From Acidobacteriota bacterium (GTDB lineage: Bacteria; Acidobacteriota; Thermoanaerobaculia; UBA5066; Gp7-AA6): 64,000 bases of DNA. The DNA lies in the NCBI GenBank assembly GCA_039933215.1, contig JBDTOO010000004.1, forward strand, positions 5,844 through 69,843, written 5' to 3'. Positions within the stretch are counted from its first letter, which is position 1; every line of letters begins with the position of its first letter. Both the position numbers and the translations under genes were made by a program. This document shows, piece after piece, positions 41,501 through 51,067 of this stretch. Under the pieces are notes generated by a model, which saw only the letters and a program-made list of their open reading frames with translations, was not told the DNA's origin and made no database searches.

Positions 41501-44086
41501 CGCGAGGGGCGTGCCGGGAGCGGTCACGACGACGTTCCGGGCGTCCTCGGCGAGGGAGTACTCGTCCATGTGGGGCTTCGTCGAGTCGTAGTTCACGATC
41601 GACGTCGAGAAGCGCAGCAGGCGCTTGATCGCCTGGACGCTGTCGCCGTCGGTCGTCTTGAAGGCGCCCCAGTCGCGGGAGAACGGAACGACCGGCCAGT
41701 CCGCGGGACTGGGCGCCTCAGTGCCGGGCTGGTAGGGCAGGTAGGCCGGGTTGCCCGGCGCGGAGTCCGAGAAGTGCGCAATGCCGCCGCAGTCCCCCCC
41801 GTACGGGTCGCACGGGTTCGCGAGCGGCGGGAACGGACACGAGACGCCTCCGGACGCGTCGTTCGGGAACTGCTGGTCGCGCTGCGGCCGGTCCTTGTTG
41901 TAGATCGCCGAGTAGGCGCCCTGGTTGTGGCGGTTCGCGATCGCATCGGGCAGCGTGTCGGCGTCGCCGTCGGCCGCGACCGAACCCCACGGCGGGTTGC
42001 CGTTCGTCACGTCCTGCGCCGTCGCCTGGTAGACCGGGGGCAGGTCGTACAGGTCGGCGCGCCGGTAGCTGACGCGGACGACCCGCACGGGGGGACCGGT
42101 CAACGCCGCCGGATCGGCCTGGGGGTCGTCGAATCCGCGGTACGCGCGGGGAAGCGGATCGCCGTCGGGCTCGCCGTCGCCGTCGAAGTCCACGAACGAG
42201 CAGGACTTCAGCGGATCGTACTGGCACGGCCCGCACAGAAGCGGCGGGTTCGGGGGGCTGTTGAAGAGCGACTGCGGCACGCCCGGGCACGGAACGCCGG
42301 GGGAGCTCGAGGACGGGGGGGGCGGAGGCGGAGCCATCGCCAGGAGGCCGCGCATCGCGGCGGACACCCAGCGTCCCGCCGCCGGGATCAGGCTCGCCGC
42401 GGGCATCTGTCCGCTGGGGAGCGTGATGACGGGCGTCGGAGTCCGCGTGCTCGAGGGCGTCCGCGTCGGCGTGAACGTCGGCGGCAGCGGCGTCAGCGTG
42501 AACGTCGCCGTCCGCGTCGGCGTCGCCGTCAGCGTGTTCGTCTGCGTCGGCGTGTTGCTCGGCGTGAAGGTTTTTGTGATGGTCGGCGTGTTGCTCGGCG
42601 TGAACGTCTGCGTGAACGTCCGCGTGACGGTCGGGGTGCTCGTCGACGTGAAGGTCGGCGTGATCGTGCGCGTGTTGCTCGGCGTGAACGTCGGCGTGAT
42701 CGTGGGCGTCAGCGTGATCGTCGGCGAGAGCGTGGGCGTCAGCGTCTGAGTCGCCGTCCGGGTCTGCGTCAGGGTGACGGACGGAGTCACCGTGGGACTC
42801 TGCGTTCCCGTGGCCGTCGCCGTGAACGTCGGCGTGATCGTCGGCGTGCTCGTCTTCGTGAACGTCGGCGTGATCGTCGGCGTGTTGGTCCTCGTCGACG
42901 TGCTGGTGAACGTCGGCGTGATCGTCGGCGTGCTCGTCGTCGTGAAGGTCGGCGTGATCGTCGGCGTCAGCGTGATCGTCGGCGTCTTCGTCGGCGTGCG
43001 CGTCTTCGTCGGCGTGCGCGTGTTCGTCCGTGTGCGTGTGTTCGTCGGGGTATTGGTCTCCGTTGCGGTGTTCGTGACGGTCGGCGTCGCCGTCGGCGAG
43101 GCCGTGGAGGTGTTGGTCGGAGTCGGGGTTATCGTGGGCGTGTTCGTGGAAGTCGGCGTCGGCGTGTTCGTGGCGGTGGCCGTCGGCGTCGGCGGAGGCG
43201 CCCACTCCTCGATCTCGACCACGAGGTTGGGATCCGAGTAGTTGCCCGAGACGACCTTCATCCGCAGCTCGTATCCGCGCCGCGTGGCGGACTGCGTGCG
43301 GTAGATCACCTCTCCCTGGTTCAGACCCTTGGGGCCGAACGCTCCGCGCCAGGTGCCCGGAGCGGGAGCGGGCGGGACGGGGACGCCGACGCCCGGCCCG
43401 TACGGCGGCCGGGTGTCCGCGACCTCGCCCGTGTCCTCGCGGTTGTAGCTGTGCATGACCTTGTGGCCGAACTGCAGGTACCGGCCCTGGGAGATGTCGG
43501 GGTAGTCCCAGACCCCCACGCCGCTGTTGGGGTTGAACACGGCGTCGACCGACCCGCCGGGGGAGACAGCCGACGTGACGTCGATCTTGTCTGCGAAGTA
43601 GAGGAACTCGACGCCGCCGTTGTTCAGCAGGTCGCCCTTGACCCTGGCGCCGTTGATCGGATCTCCGAACGCCGCCGTGTCCTCGGCGCCGAACGACTGG
43701 TTCGGGTTGCGGTAGTACGCGAAGGCCCAGTTGACGTTCTGGCTCGTCGAGAGCACCTCGCGGAGCACGCTCTTGGCGACACCGAGCTTCGACCCTTCCG
43801 TGGGCACACCCGTCGTGCCCTCCGGGTAGATGAAGTCGTCCATGTAAGCCGGCAGCTCGAAGGAGTCCGTGAACTCGCGGTTCATCGAGTGCGAAGAGTC
43901 CAGGATCACGATCACGTCCGCGTTGGCGCCGGGGTTCGTCTGAAGGAGCTGTCGATCCTCCGGGCGGGCCGGAGAGGCCATGACGAAGAGGAGGAGCATC
44001 GTCACGGCGGCGCGATGCCGCTGTGCGAAGGCTCTCAGACCGCTGCGATGCGATGACGGGTTGTTTTTCATGGCCTCAGCTCTCAA
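38561..44086 (-). CDS. pilY1: PilY1-like type IV pilus tip adhesin (1841 aa): N-terminal VWA domain, roughly 260-aa Thr/Pro-rich tandem-repeat region, C-terminal PilY1 beta-propeller
   Basis: VWA MIDAS motif [11 protein letters not shown]. [14 protein letters not shown] repeats at residues 295-555. C-terminal [15 protein letters not shown] Ca-binding loop typical of PilY1/PilC. ATGA overlap with pilX. Confidence 0.7.
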   Translation of the reverse strand: MRAEAMKNNPSSHRSGLRAFAQRHRAAVTMLLLFVMASPARPEDRQLLQTNPGANADVIVILDSSHSMNREFTDSFELPAYMDDFIYPEGTTGVPTEGSKLGVAKSVLREVLSTSQNVNWAFAYYRNPNQSFGAEDTAAFGDPINGARVKGDLLNNGGVEFLYFADKIDVTSAVSPGGSVDAVFNPNSGVGVWDYPDISQGRYLQFGHKVMHSYNREDTGEVADTRPPYGPGVGVPVPPAPAPGTWRGAFGPKGLNQGEVIYRTQSATRRGYELRMKVVSGNYSDPNLVVEIEEWAPPPTPTATATNTPTPTSTNTPTITPTPTNTSTASPTATPTVTNTATETNTPTNTRTRTNTRTPTKTRTPTKTPTITLTPTITPTFTTTSTPTITPTFTSTSTRTNTPTITPTFTKTSTPTITPTFTATATGTQSPTVTPSVTLTQTRTATQTLTPTLSPTITLTPTITPTFTPSNTRTITPTFTSTSTPTVTRTFTQTFTPSNTPTITKTFTPSNTPTQTNTLTATPTRTATFTLTPLPPTFTPTRTPSSTRTPTPVITLPSGQMPAASLIPAAGRWVSAAMRGLLAMAPPPPPPSSSSPGVPCPGVPQSLFNSPPNPPLLCGPCQYDPLKSCSFVDFDGDGEPDGDPLPRAYRGFDDPQADPAALTGPPVRVVRVSYRRADLYDLPPVYQATAQDVTNGNPPWGSVAADGDADTLPDAIANRHNQGAYSAIYNKDRPQRDQQFPNDASGGVSCPFPPLANPCDPYGGDCGGIAHFSDSAPGNPAYLPYQPGTEAPSPADWPVVPFSRDWGAFKTTDGDSVQAIKRLLRFSTSIVNYDSTKPHMDEYSLAEDARNVVVTAPGTPLAGSLHDVYNYLVNSVFPQTDDPSINCRKYIVVFLTDGLDECFSNPCVGGPTGKGPAGDLGELLLPESPSGARALAAAADLSIKVKGVPVNVIAMNTNPADPRLKCIADNSGGLVYPADNRAAILAALQTIIDFRRTSNVIAAPSVPAVSTGFGETGILGAVIPSHDSKDSSGNDVASQWSIWSGSLKAYKLDSIGFIPLVAGIAPVPTAGGPTPTPTPAGPVRGGFPDETDPDNANPDLRFPAWNAARVLGYTDPVATLTGNGSENEAAPSAPYTAANAGPLKVWPGRKMIWSDGAAPTVPLVRREFLPNTGSCTGGCFTTLMTNMGLTPGTDDVKAQRLVAFLRGGMSTNGNRDEILNLPGVKPIGAAIGPAAGQQNFYSYYYRDNIPAPGVAPQIPTDPAPPSAGAGIPGYGHKLGDIFHSEPLVLEPPHKYPYLSGSLNAYPTFATFHEKRRKVVFVGSNDGFLHAFDAGVWGRDPGVFSGTFDLGTGREIFAYQPRAVMKSETKLLNFPPQPRYLVDGSVSLGDVFIDTNHSGAPVNGNRAWRTVLVGTLRQGGNAVFGLDVTQPDRVDTVVASSTYGVKTAGKHTVPDCLNGGGSCPSIYPNVLWEVMDDCAVSPGTCLGLPAMGETWSTPVIGRIKVVVGAAYEDRYVAIFGGGNDPSFKPGDPIVTSGVNATKGRAIYVLDIETGKIIYKATSGDDSGTGASDFAPMPAPPAVADYDDDGYLDVVYMGDVNGRMWRLDLTADAASTPKKGLIVSNMITNWQPILRFDASTSTTQPNQPIFLEPTLIYLNGGARPTLGVAWGTGDRSDLLKTPNPSVNRLFFMIDDGAVTTLHDTDLTSINPTVANPPDFSLGGYLDFETQDEKATSSVIAVNGYLSVLTFSPVSNPCATDGNSFQYRFFYRNGAPLYDPTTSPTLTYADYRSDMGTGVVSAANTIGSDQKSHTTYSHTTGKLDENTDNLDGKQNRQNWKEQQQ

Positions 44087-44670
44087 AAGGGCAGTTTCTC
44101 GGGATACGGACCGACCTCGATGTCGGCGACGAGCGCTTTGGAAGACTCCGGCACGAGGGGATTACCGGGCGTGTTGCCCCCCTCGGTCCGCACCTCGAAG
44201 CTCCACAGATACAGGGCGGTTTCCTTGTTGTTCTGGTTCATCGGACCGAGGGGCATGTACCGCCGCCCGACGAGGCTCGGCGTCTGCACGTGCACCTGCA
44301 GGCCCGTTTCGGACGCGTCACCCGTGAAAAACGAACCGGCCGCATGGACGTGGCTCGGCATCTGGAAGGTGAGGCGGCCGAAGGGCGTCGTGAACTCCGG
44401 GCGCTTCATCAACGGAATGGTCGGCGCGCGCATCTCCGCCGACGCCCAGCGGATGCCCGAGTCCGCGGCGTAGAAGGCGCGGTTCACGGACCACTCGTTG
44501 GCGGCGATGCGGGACTCCGTGCTCGTGACGAGCATCAGGGCGATGCCGATCACGGTCAGGATGGCGAGCACCAGGATCGCGATCACGAGCGCCGCGCCGC
44601 GCTCGCCGCGGCGGGCGCGGTACGCGGGTGACACTCTTCGGGGACGCGGCGATGTGGCGAAGGTCTTCAT
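44083..44670 (-). CDS. type IV pilus minor pilin PilX-like protein
   Basis: PilX N-terminal domain: [35 protein letters not shown]. Confidence 0.6.
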   Translation of the reverse strand: MKTFATSPRPRRVSPAYRARRGERGAALVIAILVLAILTVIGIALMLVTSTESRIAANEWSVNRAFYAADSGIRWASAEMRAPTIPLMKRPEFTTPFGRLTFQMPSHVHAAGSFFTGDASETGLQVHVQTPSLVGRRYMPLGPMNQNNKETALYLWSFEVRTEGGNTPGNPLVPESSKALVADIEVGPYPEKLPF

Positions 44671-44683
44671 GGGTTTCCCGAGG

Positions 44684-46039
44684 TCAGTAGTTCCGGAGAT
44701 TGATCTTGATCGTCTGGATCCGGCGGCGGAAGTGCGGTTCCGTCGACAGGGTCGGGTACTGCGCGACGTCCGGGATCCCCGCCGTCACGGGCGTGTTCAT
44801 CACGACCATGCCGAGCGAGCCCTCCGCGCGATAGGTCGGGTCGGGGTCCTTCGACTTCGCGACGAGCGAGACCATGACGCCCTGGAGGCGCGGGCAGTGC
44901 GCGTTCGGGGTTCCGGGCACGAAGAAATCCGTCGCCACGTTCACGGTCTCCGTCGGCACGTTCGGGCGCCACTCGTCCTTGTTCGCCGCGGTCGAGAAGT
45001 TCTCGTCCGTATCCGTCGTGGCGTTGATCGACGCGGTGTCCCGGTCGATGCTGCCGTTGTCGTCGGCGTCCACGCCGTAGGCGATCTGCATGTCCTCGAC
45101 GTCGTCGGCGAGGCGCACGACGTCGAAATGGTCCCCGCGCCGCGTGGCCTGGGCGAGCGCCGGATGGAGGTGGTCCGTGTCGTCGATGAAATAGATGATG
45201 TCGTCCAGGATACCGGCGCGCCGGACGTTCTTGAGGCCTGCGGCGACCACCCCGGCGGCTCCGGGATCCTCGCCGTTGAAGCTCTGGGCGAGCGCGGTGC
45301 CGTACTTGACCGCGGCACCGAAGGTCCCCGTGCCGACGAGCGTCGTGGGATTGTCGAGCTGACCGACGCTGTACGAGTTCTGCATGATCCCGCAGGCCGG
45401 GTGGAGGTCGTCGTTGAAGGAAACCACGACGAGAAACGGGTTCACGCCCGTCGCCGACTGCGTGTAGAGATCGATGGCCGAGAACTGGGCACGGCCGTTG
45501 GCGGGATCGTCGTTGACGTGCTGCTTCGTGAGCACTCCCGTGATCGGCGCCGTCCAGAGGAGCATCGCGCTTCCGACGCACGCGGCCGGAGACGCTCCGA
45601 TCGCGCCCACACAGCCGTGCCCTTCGTCGAAGCCGACCAGGGGCGAATTGATCACCCCGCGGATCTCGATGATGTCGGTCCCGTCACGAACGGGAACGTC
45701 GACATCGGAAAGGTTCTTGATCTTGGTCGAGGAGACGTTGTCGTAGCTCGCCGAGCCCGAGTAGCCCGGCAGCCCGTTCGGCTGATGGTTCAGGACCGCC
45801 TGGGTGACGTAGACCCCGCCGGCGCCCGCGGCGCGGATCGTCCGGGTCATCTGGTAGATGCCGAAGCGCACGGAGCCCTGGGCGTCCGCGACGTCCTGCT
45901 CGCTCTTGTTGATGCGGGCGCTGGCGTCGAAGACCGCCAGGAGACCGAGCATCGCGATCGCGAGCAAGAACACGACGACCAGCATCTCGATCAGCGTGAA
46001 GCCGTGCTCCCGGGGGGAGAGGGTACGAACGGTCGTCAT
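44684..46039 (-). CDS. type IV pilus minor pilin PilW-like protein
   Basis: Prepilin motif HGFTLIEMLVVVFLLAIAML. ATG at 46039 gives an ATGA overlap with pilV. About 450 aa. Confidence 0.6.
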   Translation of the reverse strand: MTTVRTLSPREHGFTLIEMLVVVFLLAIAMLGLLAVFDASARINKSEQDVADAQGSVRFGIYQMTRTIRAAGAGGVYVTQAVLNHQPNGLPGYSGSASYDNVSSTKIKNLSDVDVPVRDGTDIIEIRGVINSPLVGFDEGHGCVGAIGASPAACVGSAMLLWTAPITGVLTKQHVNDDPANGRAQFSAIDLYTQSATGVNPFLVVVSFNDDLHPACGIMQNSYSVGQLDNPTTLVGTGTFGAAVKYGTALAQSFNGEDPGAAGVVAAGLKNVRRAGILDDIIYFIDDTDHLHPALAQATRRGDHFDVVRLADDVEDMQIAYGVDADDNGSIDRDTASINATTDTDENFSTAANKDEWRPNVPTETVNVATDFFVPGTPNAHCPRLQGVMVSLVAKSKDPDPTYRAEGSLGMVVMNTPVTAGIPDVAQYPTLSTEPHFRRRIQTIKINLRNY

Positions 46040-46674
46040 GGCGTGGGGGTCGCCGGCGGAGAGCAGGGAGGCGATCCGCACGGGTCGGATACGGAGACGT
46101 TCGTCGCGGGCGCCGGGTTATCGATGAACCCCGTGACCCGGGTCATCCGGGAGCCGATTCCGAGCGGTCCGCTGCTCACCTGGACAGTGACGTCAATGCG
46201 CTTGTACTGCACCGTCTGGTTCGCCGCCGTGACATGCACCGGGGTGAAGATCGTCGGATCCGGCGTCAGGGGCGCGGGAGTCGGCCCCCCGGGCGTCGGG
46301 ACCGCGTCGGGGGCCGGGACGGCGTACTGAGACACGTAATACGTAATCGAATAGGGATTCTGAACGCCGGGCGTCGCCGCCCCGGGGGGGACGCCGGTCT
46401 TGGGATCCGGAAGCTTCGGCGGCTGGTCGTTGCCGTGCGCACCCACGCTCAGACGCGCGTCGGTATAGCTCAGGTTCGAGAGCTGCTCGAGCTTGTCCCT
46501 CGCGAGCACGTTGACACTCGTGTACTCATTGGCCGAGTAGTTCGACTTCATGCTCGAGATGAAGAGCGGCGCGATCCCGAGAAGAACGAACGAGAGGAGC
46601 GCGAGAGAGATCAGGAGCTCGACCAGCGTCAGGCCCTTTTCCCCCCGGCGGCGGACGAGCGTCTTCACTGCCAC
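46036..46674 (-). CDS. type IV pilus minor pilin PilV-like protein
   Basis: Prepilin motif KGLTLVELLISLALLSFVLLGIAPL. Confidence 0.6.
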   Translation of the reverse strand: MAVKTLVRRRGEKGLTLVELLISLALLSFVLLGIAPLFISSMKSNYSANEYTSVNVLARDKLEQLSNLSYTDARLSVGAHGNDQPPKLPDPKTGVPPGAATPGVQNPYSITYYVSQYAVPAPDAVPTPGGPTPAPLTPDPTIFTPVHVTAANQTVQYKRIDVTVQVSSGPLGIGSRMTRVTGFIDNPAPATNVSVSDPCGSPPCSPPATPTP

Positions 46675-47216
46675 ACCACCGGCGTGATGACTTCCACCTT
46701 TCCGGAGGCGGAAGTGCGGATCGTGATCTGGTTCTTGTCACCGGCCGCGACGGGGCCCTCGATCTTGATGTCTGTCGAGAGCGGCGGGGGCGGCACGATG
46801 ACGCGGCCGTTGCCGTCGAAGGTGATCTTCCCGCCCGTCGGAAGCGTCAGGAACGCGAGCGACGCCTTGGGCAGGTTCAACTTGGTCTTCGGAAGCGGCG
46901 TCGGAGTTGGCGCCGGCGTATCCGCCTCGATCGTGTCGAGGAGATGGGTGCTCTGCGCCGCGGTCGCCGTCGTGACGTAGACGCTCGCGGGGAGGTTGCG
47001 CCGGACGGCGCGCATCCGGGCCGCGAGCAGCGTCGACTGGATCTCCGAGGCGGCGCTGCGGATCTGATTGCGGCGCGACATCTTCCCGAGATACGGGATC
47101 GCGATCGCGGTGAGGATTCCGACGAGGGTGAGCACGACGAGCATCTCCAGGAGGGTGAATCCTCGCTGGGACCGGTGGCGCAGATCGCCCGGGCGTTCGG
47201 TTTTCGAGCAAAGCAT
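46665..47216 (-). CDS. FimT/GspH-like minor pilin; start at ATG 47216 preferred over the ORF-track 47315
   Basis: Prepilin motif RGFTLLEMLVVLTLVGILTAIAIPY. The shorter start leaves a 200-bp divergent promoter region. Confidence 0.55.
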   Translation of the reverse strand: MLCSKTERPGDLRHRSQRGFTLLEMLVVLTLVGILTAIAIPYLGKMSRRNQIRSAASEIQSTLLAARMRAVRRNLPASVYVTTATAAQSTHLLDTIEADTPAPTPTPLPKTKLNLPKASLAFLTLPTGGKITFDGNGRVIVPPPPLSTDIKIEGPVAAGDKNQITIRTSASGKVEVITPVVWQ

Positions 47217-47309
47217 CGAGTGGTCCAAGAGCGATTCCCGTGCCCGGGTGGCCGCCGGGAGGCATCTCATTGAAAAACAATGGCTTAACTTCAGCCATGG
47301 CCGGGGGCC

Positions 47310-47325
47310 TGGCATCCTCAGTGCC
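47310..47325 (+). promoter_or_regulatory. candidate sigma-54 (-24/-12) promoter TGGCAT-N6-TGC upstream of the HEAT::pilT gene
   Basis: GG and GC elements are spaced exactly as in the TGGCAC-N5-TTGC consensus. One mismatch at the -14 position. Confidence 0.3.
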
Positions 47326-47342
47326 GAATTTCGTTTCCAAAA

Positions 47343-49907
47343 GTGACGCTCGGGGGCGGTCCGAGCGCGATCGCGTCGGGTCCCCGGATCGCTCGGGGGG
47401 GTTACACTTTCGCATTCATGTGGTCAAAAAAGCGACGCTCGCCTCCCCCCGAGGCGCGGGCGCTCCTGACCCGTGTCCGAGGGCACATCTGGAAGTCGGA
47501 CGGGGAGCGGGATGACCTGCTCCGCCGCATCTCCGCGGAGACCACGCTCGAAGCGGAAGACGTCGGCTGGATGGCGGCGAACGCCGACCCGTCGGTGCGC
47601 CAGTCCGGGATCGCGATCCTCCAGAAGTTTCCGTTCGAGGCCGCCTCCGCGGCCCTGTTCGAGTTTCTCGCGGGCCACGGCGACGCGGCCCGCCGGAACG
47701 TCTCCGCATCCCTGGAGCTCGTCGGCGGCGCCTCCTTCGGCTCGCACCTGCCGGCGCTTCTCGCGCACCCGGACCCCGGCGTCGGCTTGATCGCGCTCGA
47801 CTGGCTCCGGCGCAACCCGTCCGAGGCCGCGCTCGACGGGATCGTGCCCGCCCTGGCGTCGACGTCGGCGTCGCTGCGCCGGAAGGCGTTCGCGATCGTC
47901 GAGGCGACGCCGGGCAGGAAGAGTCTCGCCCTCGCGCGTGCCGCTCTCGACCACGATGACGAGGAGATCCGGTTCCGGGCGGTCGGCCTGGTCGCAAAAT
48001 ACCCCGACGAGGCGAACGTTCCGCCGCTTCTCCGCCGGTGCCATGCCGACTCGGCCCGAGTCCAGGACGCCGCGACCGCCGCGCTCGCGCCGCTTCTCGG
48101 GGCGCTCGCCGCGGGCAACGACTCCGACGCCCGCTTCCACGAGCACATCCTTCCCCTCCTGACGGACGTGAACCCGCGCGTGCGGCAGCTCGCGATGAAG
48201 ATCCTTGAGAGCCAGGATCCCGCCCGGGTCGCCGACTCCTTTTTGAAAGGATTCCGCGATACGTACGGCCCGGCCCGCGACCGCGCGATCGAAGGGCTCC
48301 ACGAGCTCGGCCCCGCGTTCATCCAGGCCTTTCTGGATCGCGACGACGACCCGGACCGGGGGGTCGCCGCGCTCGCGTCCTCGATCGCCGTGACGCTGCG
48401 CGGCCCGGACGTCGTCCCTCACTGCATGCGCTTTCTCGAAGGGACCGACTGGTGGCTTCGCGATCGGGCCGCACAGGCGCTCGCGGAGATCCGCGACGAG
48501 CGTGCGCTGCCCGCGCTCCTCCACATGCTGAACGACCCCGATTCCGACATCTCGGCCGCCGCCGCCCTCGGCGTCTGGGGCAGCCCGCAGGCGCTCCCGG
48601 GGCTCCTCGAGGCGTTCAAGAAGGGGACCAAGGACCTGCGGCTCGAGATCCTCGAGGCCTTCGCGAGAATCCCCGATCCGCGGGTCGACCCCCTCCTGGA
48701 GCAGATCGCGCGGATGGTCGCCGACCCGCTGATCCACGGCAAGGCGACGCGGATGCTCGCCGCCCGCGCCGGCGCCCCGATCGAGGAGACGCCGGAGCCC
48801 ACGTTCACGGAAATCGACTTCGCGGCCAAACCCTTTCCGTCGCTGCGCGACCTGCTCCACCACGCGCGCGCCGTCGGAGCCTCGGACCTCCACCTCTCGG
48901 CCGGAACGAAGCCGCACGTGCGCCGGCTCGGGCGCCTGGAGCCCCTCCCTCTCGCCGACACGACGGACGGGCAGATGCGCGAGTGGATGCCGCAGATCCT
49001 GGGAGAGCGCGCCGGCGAGCTCGAGGCGCTCCGTCAGGTCGACTTCTGCTACAAGGACCCGGACCTCGGGCGCTTCCGGACGAACGTCTTCTTCCAGCGC
49101 AAGGGCTTGAACGCCGTCTTCCGGCTCGTCCCGTTCGAGATCCCCACGCTCGCGGAGATCGGGATGCCGGAGAGCCTCTGGGAGATCAGCACGTTCAGCC
49201 AGGGGCTCGTCCTCGTCACCGGCGCCGCCGGCTGCGGGAAGACGACGACCCTCGCGGCGCTCGTCGACCGGATCAACGCGACGGAGCACTCCCACATCCT
49301 CACCATCGAAGACCCGATCGAGTACGTCCACGCCAACAAGGAGTCGCTGATCAACCAGCGGGAGATCCCCTCGCACTCGAAGTCCTTCGCCCGGGCGCTC
49401 CGGCAGTCCCTGCGGGAGGATCCCGACGTGATCCTCGTCGGCGAGATGCGCGACCTGGAGACGATCTCCCTCGCGATCACCGCGTCGGAGACGGGTCACC
49501 TCGTCCTGGGAACCCTCCATACGACGACGGCGTCCTCCACCGTCGACCGCATCATCAACGCGTTTCCCGCGGAACAGCAGAACCAGATCCGCATGATGAT
49601 CTCCGACTCCCTGAAGGCCGTCGTTTCGCAGACGCTGCTCCCCCGGCGGGACGGCGCCGGGCGGGTGGCGGCCTATGAGGTCCTCCGCAACACGCCGAAC
49701 GTGGCCGGGTTGATCCGCGACGGGAAGACGTTTCAGCTTCCGACCGCCATGCAGACCGGAAGCGCGTCCGGAATGGTCCTCATGGACACCGCTCTGATGG
49801 CGCTCGTGCAGGACGGCGTCATCGAGCCGCGGGCCGCGTACAACCGGGCGCAGCGCAAGGAAACCTTCGAGCCGATGCTCCAGGCCGACGAGGGAGCGAC
49901 GGCGTGA
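47343..49907 (+). CDS. fusion: N-terminal HEAT/PBS-lyase-like repeat domain (about 480 aa) plus C-terminal PilT/PilU-type twitching-motility ATPase; start 47343 (GTG) or 47418 (ATG)
   Basis: N-terminal repeated DPxVR ... ALxxLG HEAT-like units. C-terminal Walker A GAAGCGKTTT, Asp box and His box identical in layout to PilT. Confidence 0.7.
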   Translation: MTLGGGPSAIASGPRIARGGYTFAFMWSKKRRSPPPEARALLTRVRGHIWKSDGERDDLLRRISAETTLEAEDVGWMAANADPSVRQSGIAILQKFPFEAASAALFEFLAGHGDAARRNVSASLELVGGASFGSHLPALLAHPDPGVGLIALDWLRRNPSEAALDGIVPALASTSASLRRKAFAIVEATPGRKSLALARAALDHDDEEIRFRAVGLVAKYPDEANVPPLLRRCHADSARVQDAATAALAPLLGALAAGNDSDARFHEHILPLLTDVNPRVRQLAMKILESQDPARVADSFLKGFRDTYGPARDRAIEGLHELGPAFIQAFLDRDDDPDRGVAALASSIAVTLRGPDVVPHCMRFLEGTDWWLRDRAAQALAEIRDERALPALLHMLNDPDSDISAAAALGVWGSPQALPGLLEAFKKGTKDLRLEILEAFARIPDPRVDPLLEQIARMVADPLIHGKATRMLAARAGAPIEETPEPTFTEIDFAAKPFPSLRDLLHHARAVGASDLHLSAGTKPHVRRLGRLEPLPLADTTDGQMREWMPQILGERAGELEALRQVDFCYKDPDLGRFRTNVFFQRKGLNAVFRLVPFEIPTLAEIGMPESLWEISTFSQGLVLVTGAAGCGKTTTLAALVDRINATEHSHILTIEDPIEYVHANKESLINQREIPSHSKSFARALRQSLREDPDVILVGEMRDLETISLAITASETGHLVLGTLHTTTASSTVDRIINAFPAEQQNQIRMMISDSLKAVVSQTLLPRRDGAGRVAAYEVLRNTPNVAGLIRDGKTFQLPTAMQTGSASGMVLMDTALMALVQDGVIEPRAAYNRAQRKETFEPMLQADEGATA

Positions 49908-51067
49908 CGCCGGCGGCTGTGGCGGGCGGCACGGAGGTGCAGGCGTTCGGAGCGAACCGGGTGGACCGGTTCCTTTCGATCCTGCCGAAGCGCAACGGCT
50001 CGGACCTGCACCTCGCCGTCGGCGGTCCGCCGATGCTCCGGATCGACGGCCGGCTCGAGCGCATCCGCTTCCGAGCCCTGACCGAAGGGGATTTCTACAA
50101 CCTGATCGGGCCGATCACCCCGGCGCGGCTCTGGGAGGCGTTCACGCGCGACGGGGACGCGGATTTCGCCTACCAGATGGGCGAGGAGGCCCGCTTCCGC
50201 GTGAATCTCCTCCGGCAGGAGCGCGGGTCGGCGGCGGTCTTTCGCCTGATCCCGTCGCGGGTTCCCACCGTCTCCGATCTGCGCCTCCCGGATGCGATCG
50301 CGAATCTCTCCGACGGAACGCGGGGGCTCGTGCTCGTGACGGGGCCGACCGGCAGCGGAAAGACGACCACGCTCGCAGCGATCCTGGACCGGATCAACCA
50401 GCGCCAGCCGTACCACGTCGTCACGATCGAGGACCCGATCGAGTTCGTCCACATCAACCAGCGGTCGGTCTTCACGCAGCGCGAGATCGGGACCGACGTG
50501 CCGGGCTTCGCCGAAGGGGTCAAGGCGGCGATCCGCGAGGATCCCGACGCGCTCTTGATCGGCGAGATGCGGGACCTGGAGACGATGCGCATGGCCCTGT
50601 CGGCGGCCGAGACGGGGCTCCTCGTGTTCGCGACGCTCCACACCAATTCCGCGGCGAAGGCCATCGATCGGATCATCGACGCGTTTCCCGCCGCGGAGCA
50701 GGAGCAGATCCGCACCGTCCTCGCCGAGTCGCTGCGCGCCGTCGTGGCCCAGCAGCTGCTCGCGCGCGTGGGGGGCGGCCGGGCCGCGGCGTTCGAGATC
50801 CTGATCGGCTCCACGGCCCTCTCGAACGCGATCCGCGAGGGAAAGACCTCGCTCATCAACAATCAGATCCAGACCGGCAAGGCGAAGGGGATGATCGCGA
50901 TGGATCAGTCGCTCGGCGAGCTCATGCGCGCCGGCACGGTCTCCCCCGAGGACGCGCTCGAGCGCGCTCTCGATCGCGAGAGCTTCAAGAACGTGATTGC
51001 CGGCTGGATTCCCGATCCGAAGCCGGCGCCCCGCCCGGCGCCGTCGCGGCCGCCAGCCGCAAAGTGA
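49904..51067 (+). CDS. pilT: type IV pilus retraction ATPase PilT
   Basis: GPTGSGKTTT Walker A and a PilT-type AIRE[DE]PD motif. GTGA overlap with the upstream gene. The 3' low-complexity tail overlaps the convergent kinase gene by 83 nt. Confidence 0.85.
   Translation: MTPAAVAGGTEVQAFGANRVDRFLSILPKRNGSDLHLAVGGPPMLRIDGRLERIRFRALTEGDFYNLIGPITPARLWEAFTRDGDADFAYQMGEEARFRVNLLRQERGSAAVFRLIPSRVPTVSDLRLPDAIANLSDGTRGLVLVTGPTGSGKTTTLAAILDRINQRQPYHVVTIEDPIEFVHINQRSVFTQREIGTDVPGFAEGVKAAIREDPDALLIGEMRDLETMRMALSAAETGLLVFATLHTNSAAKAIDRIIDAFPAAEQEQIRTVLAESLRAVVAQQLLARVGGGRAAAFEILIGSTALSNAIREGKTSLINNQIQTGKAKGMIAMDQSLGELMRAGTVSPEDALERALDRESFKNVIAGWIPDPKPAPRPAPSRPPAAK

Noticed and set aside
42424-43204. Periodic DNA repeats considered as CRISPR or a minisatellite outside a gene
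   Set aside because: They lie in-frame inside pilY1 and encode Thr/Pro repeats.
47343-47417. Alternative later start (ATG 47418) for the HEAT::pilT gene
   Set aside because: Not rejected outright. Both starts are plausible and neither has a strong RBS. The longer form was reported with the ambiguity noted.
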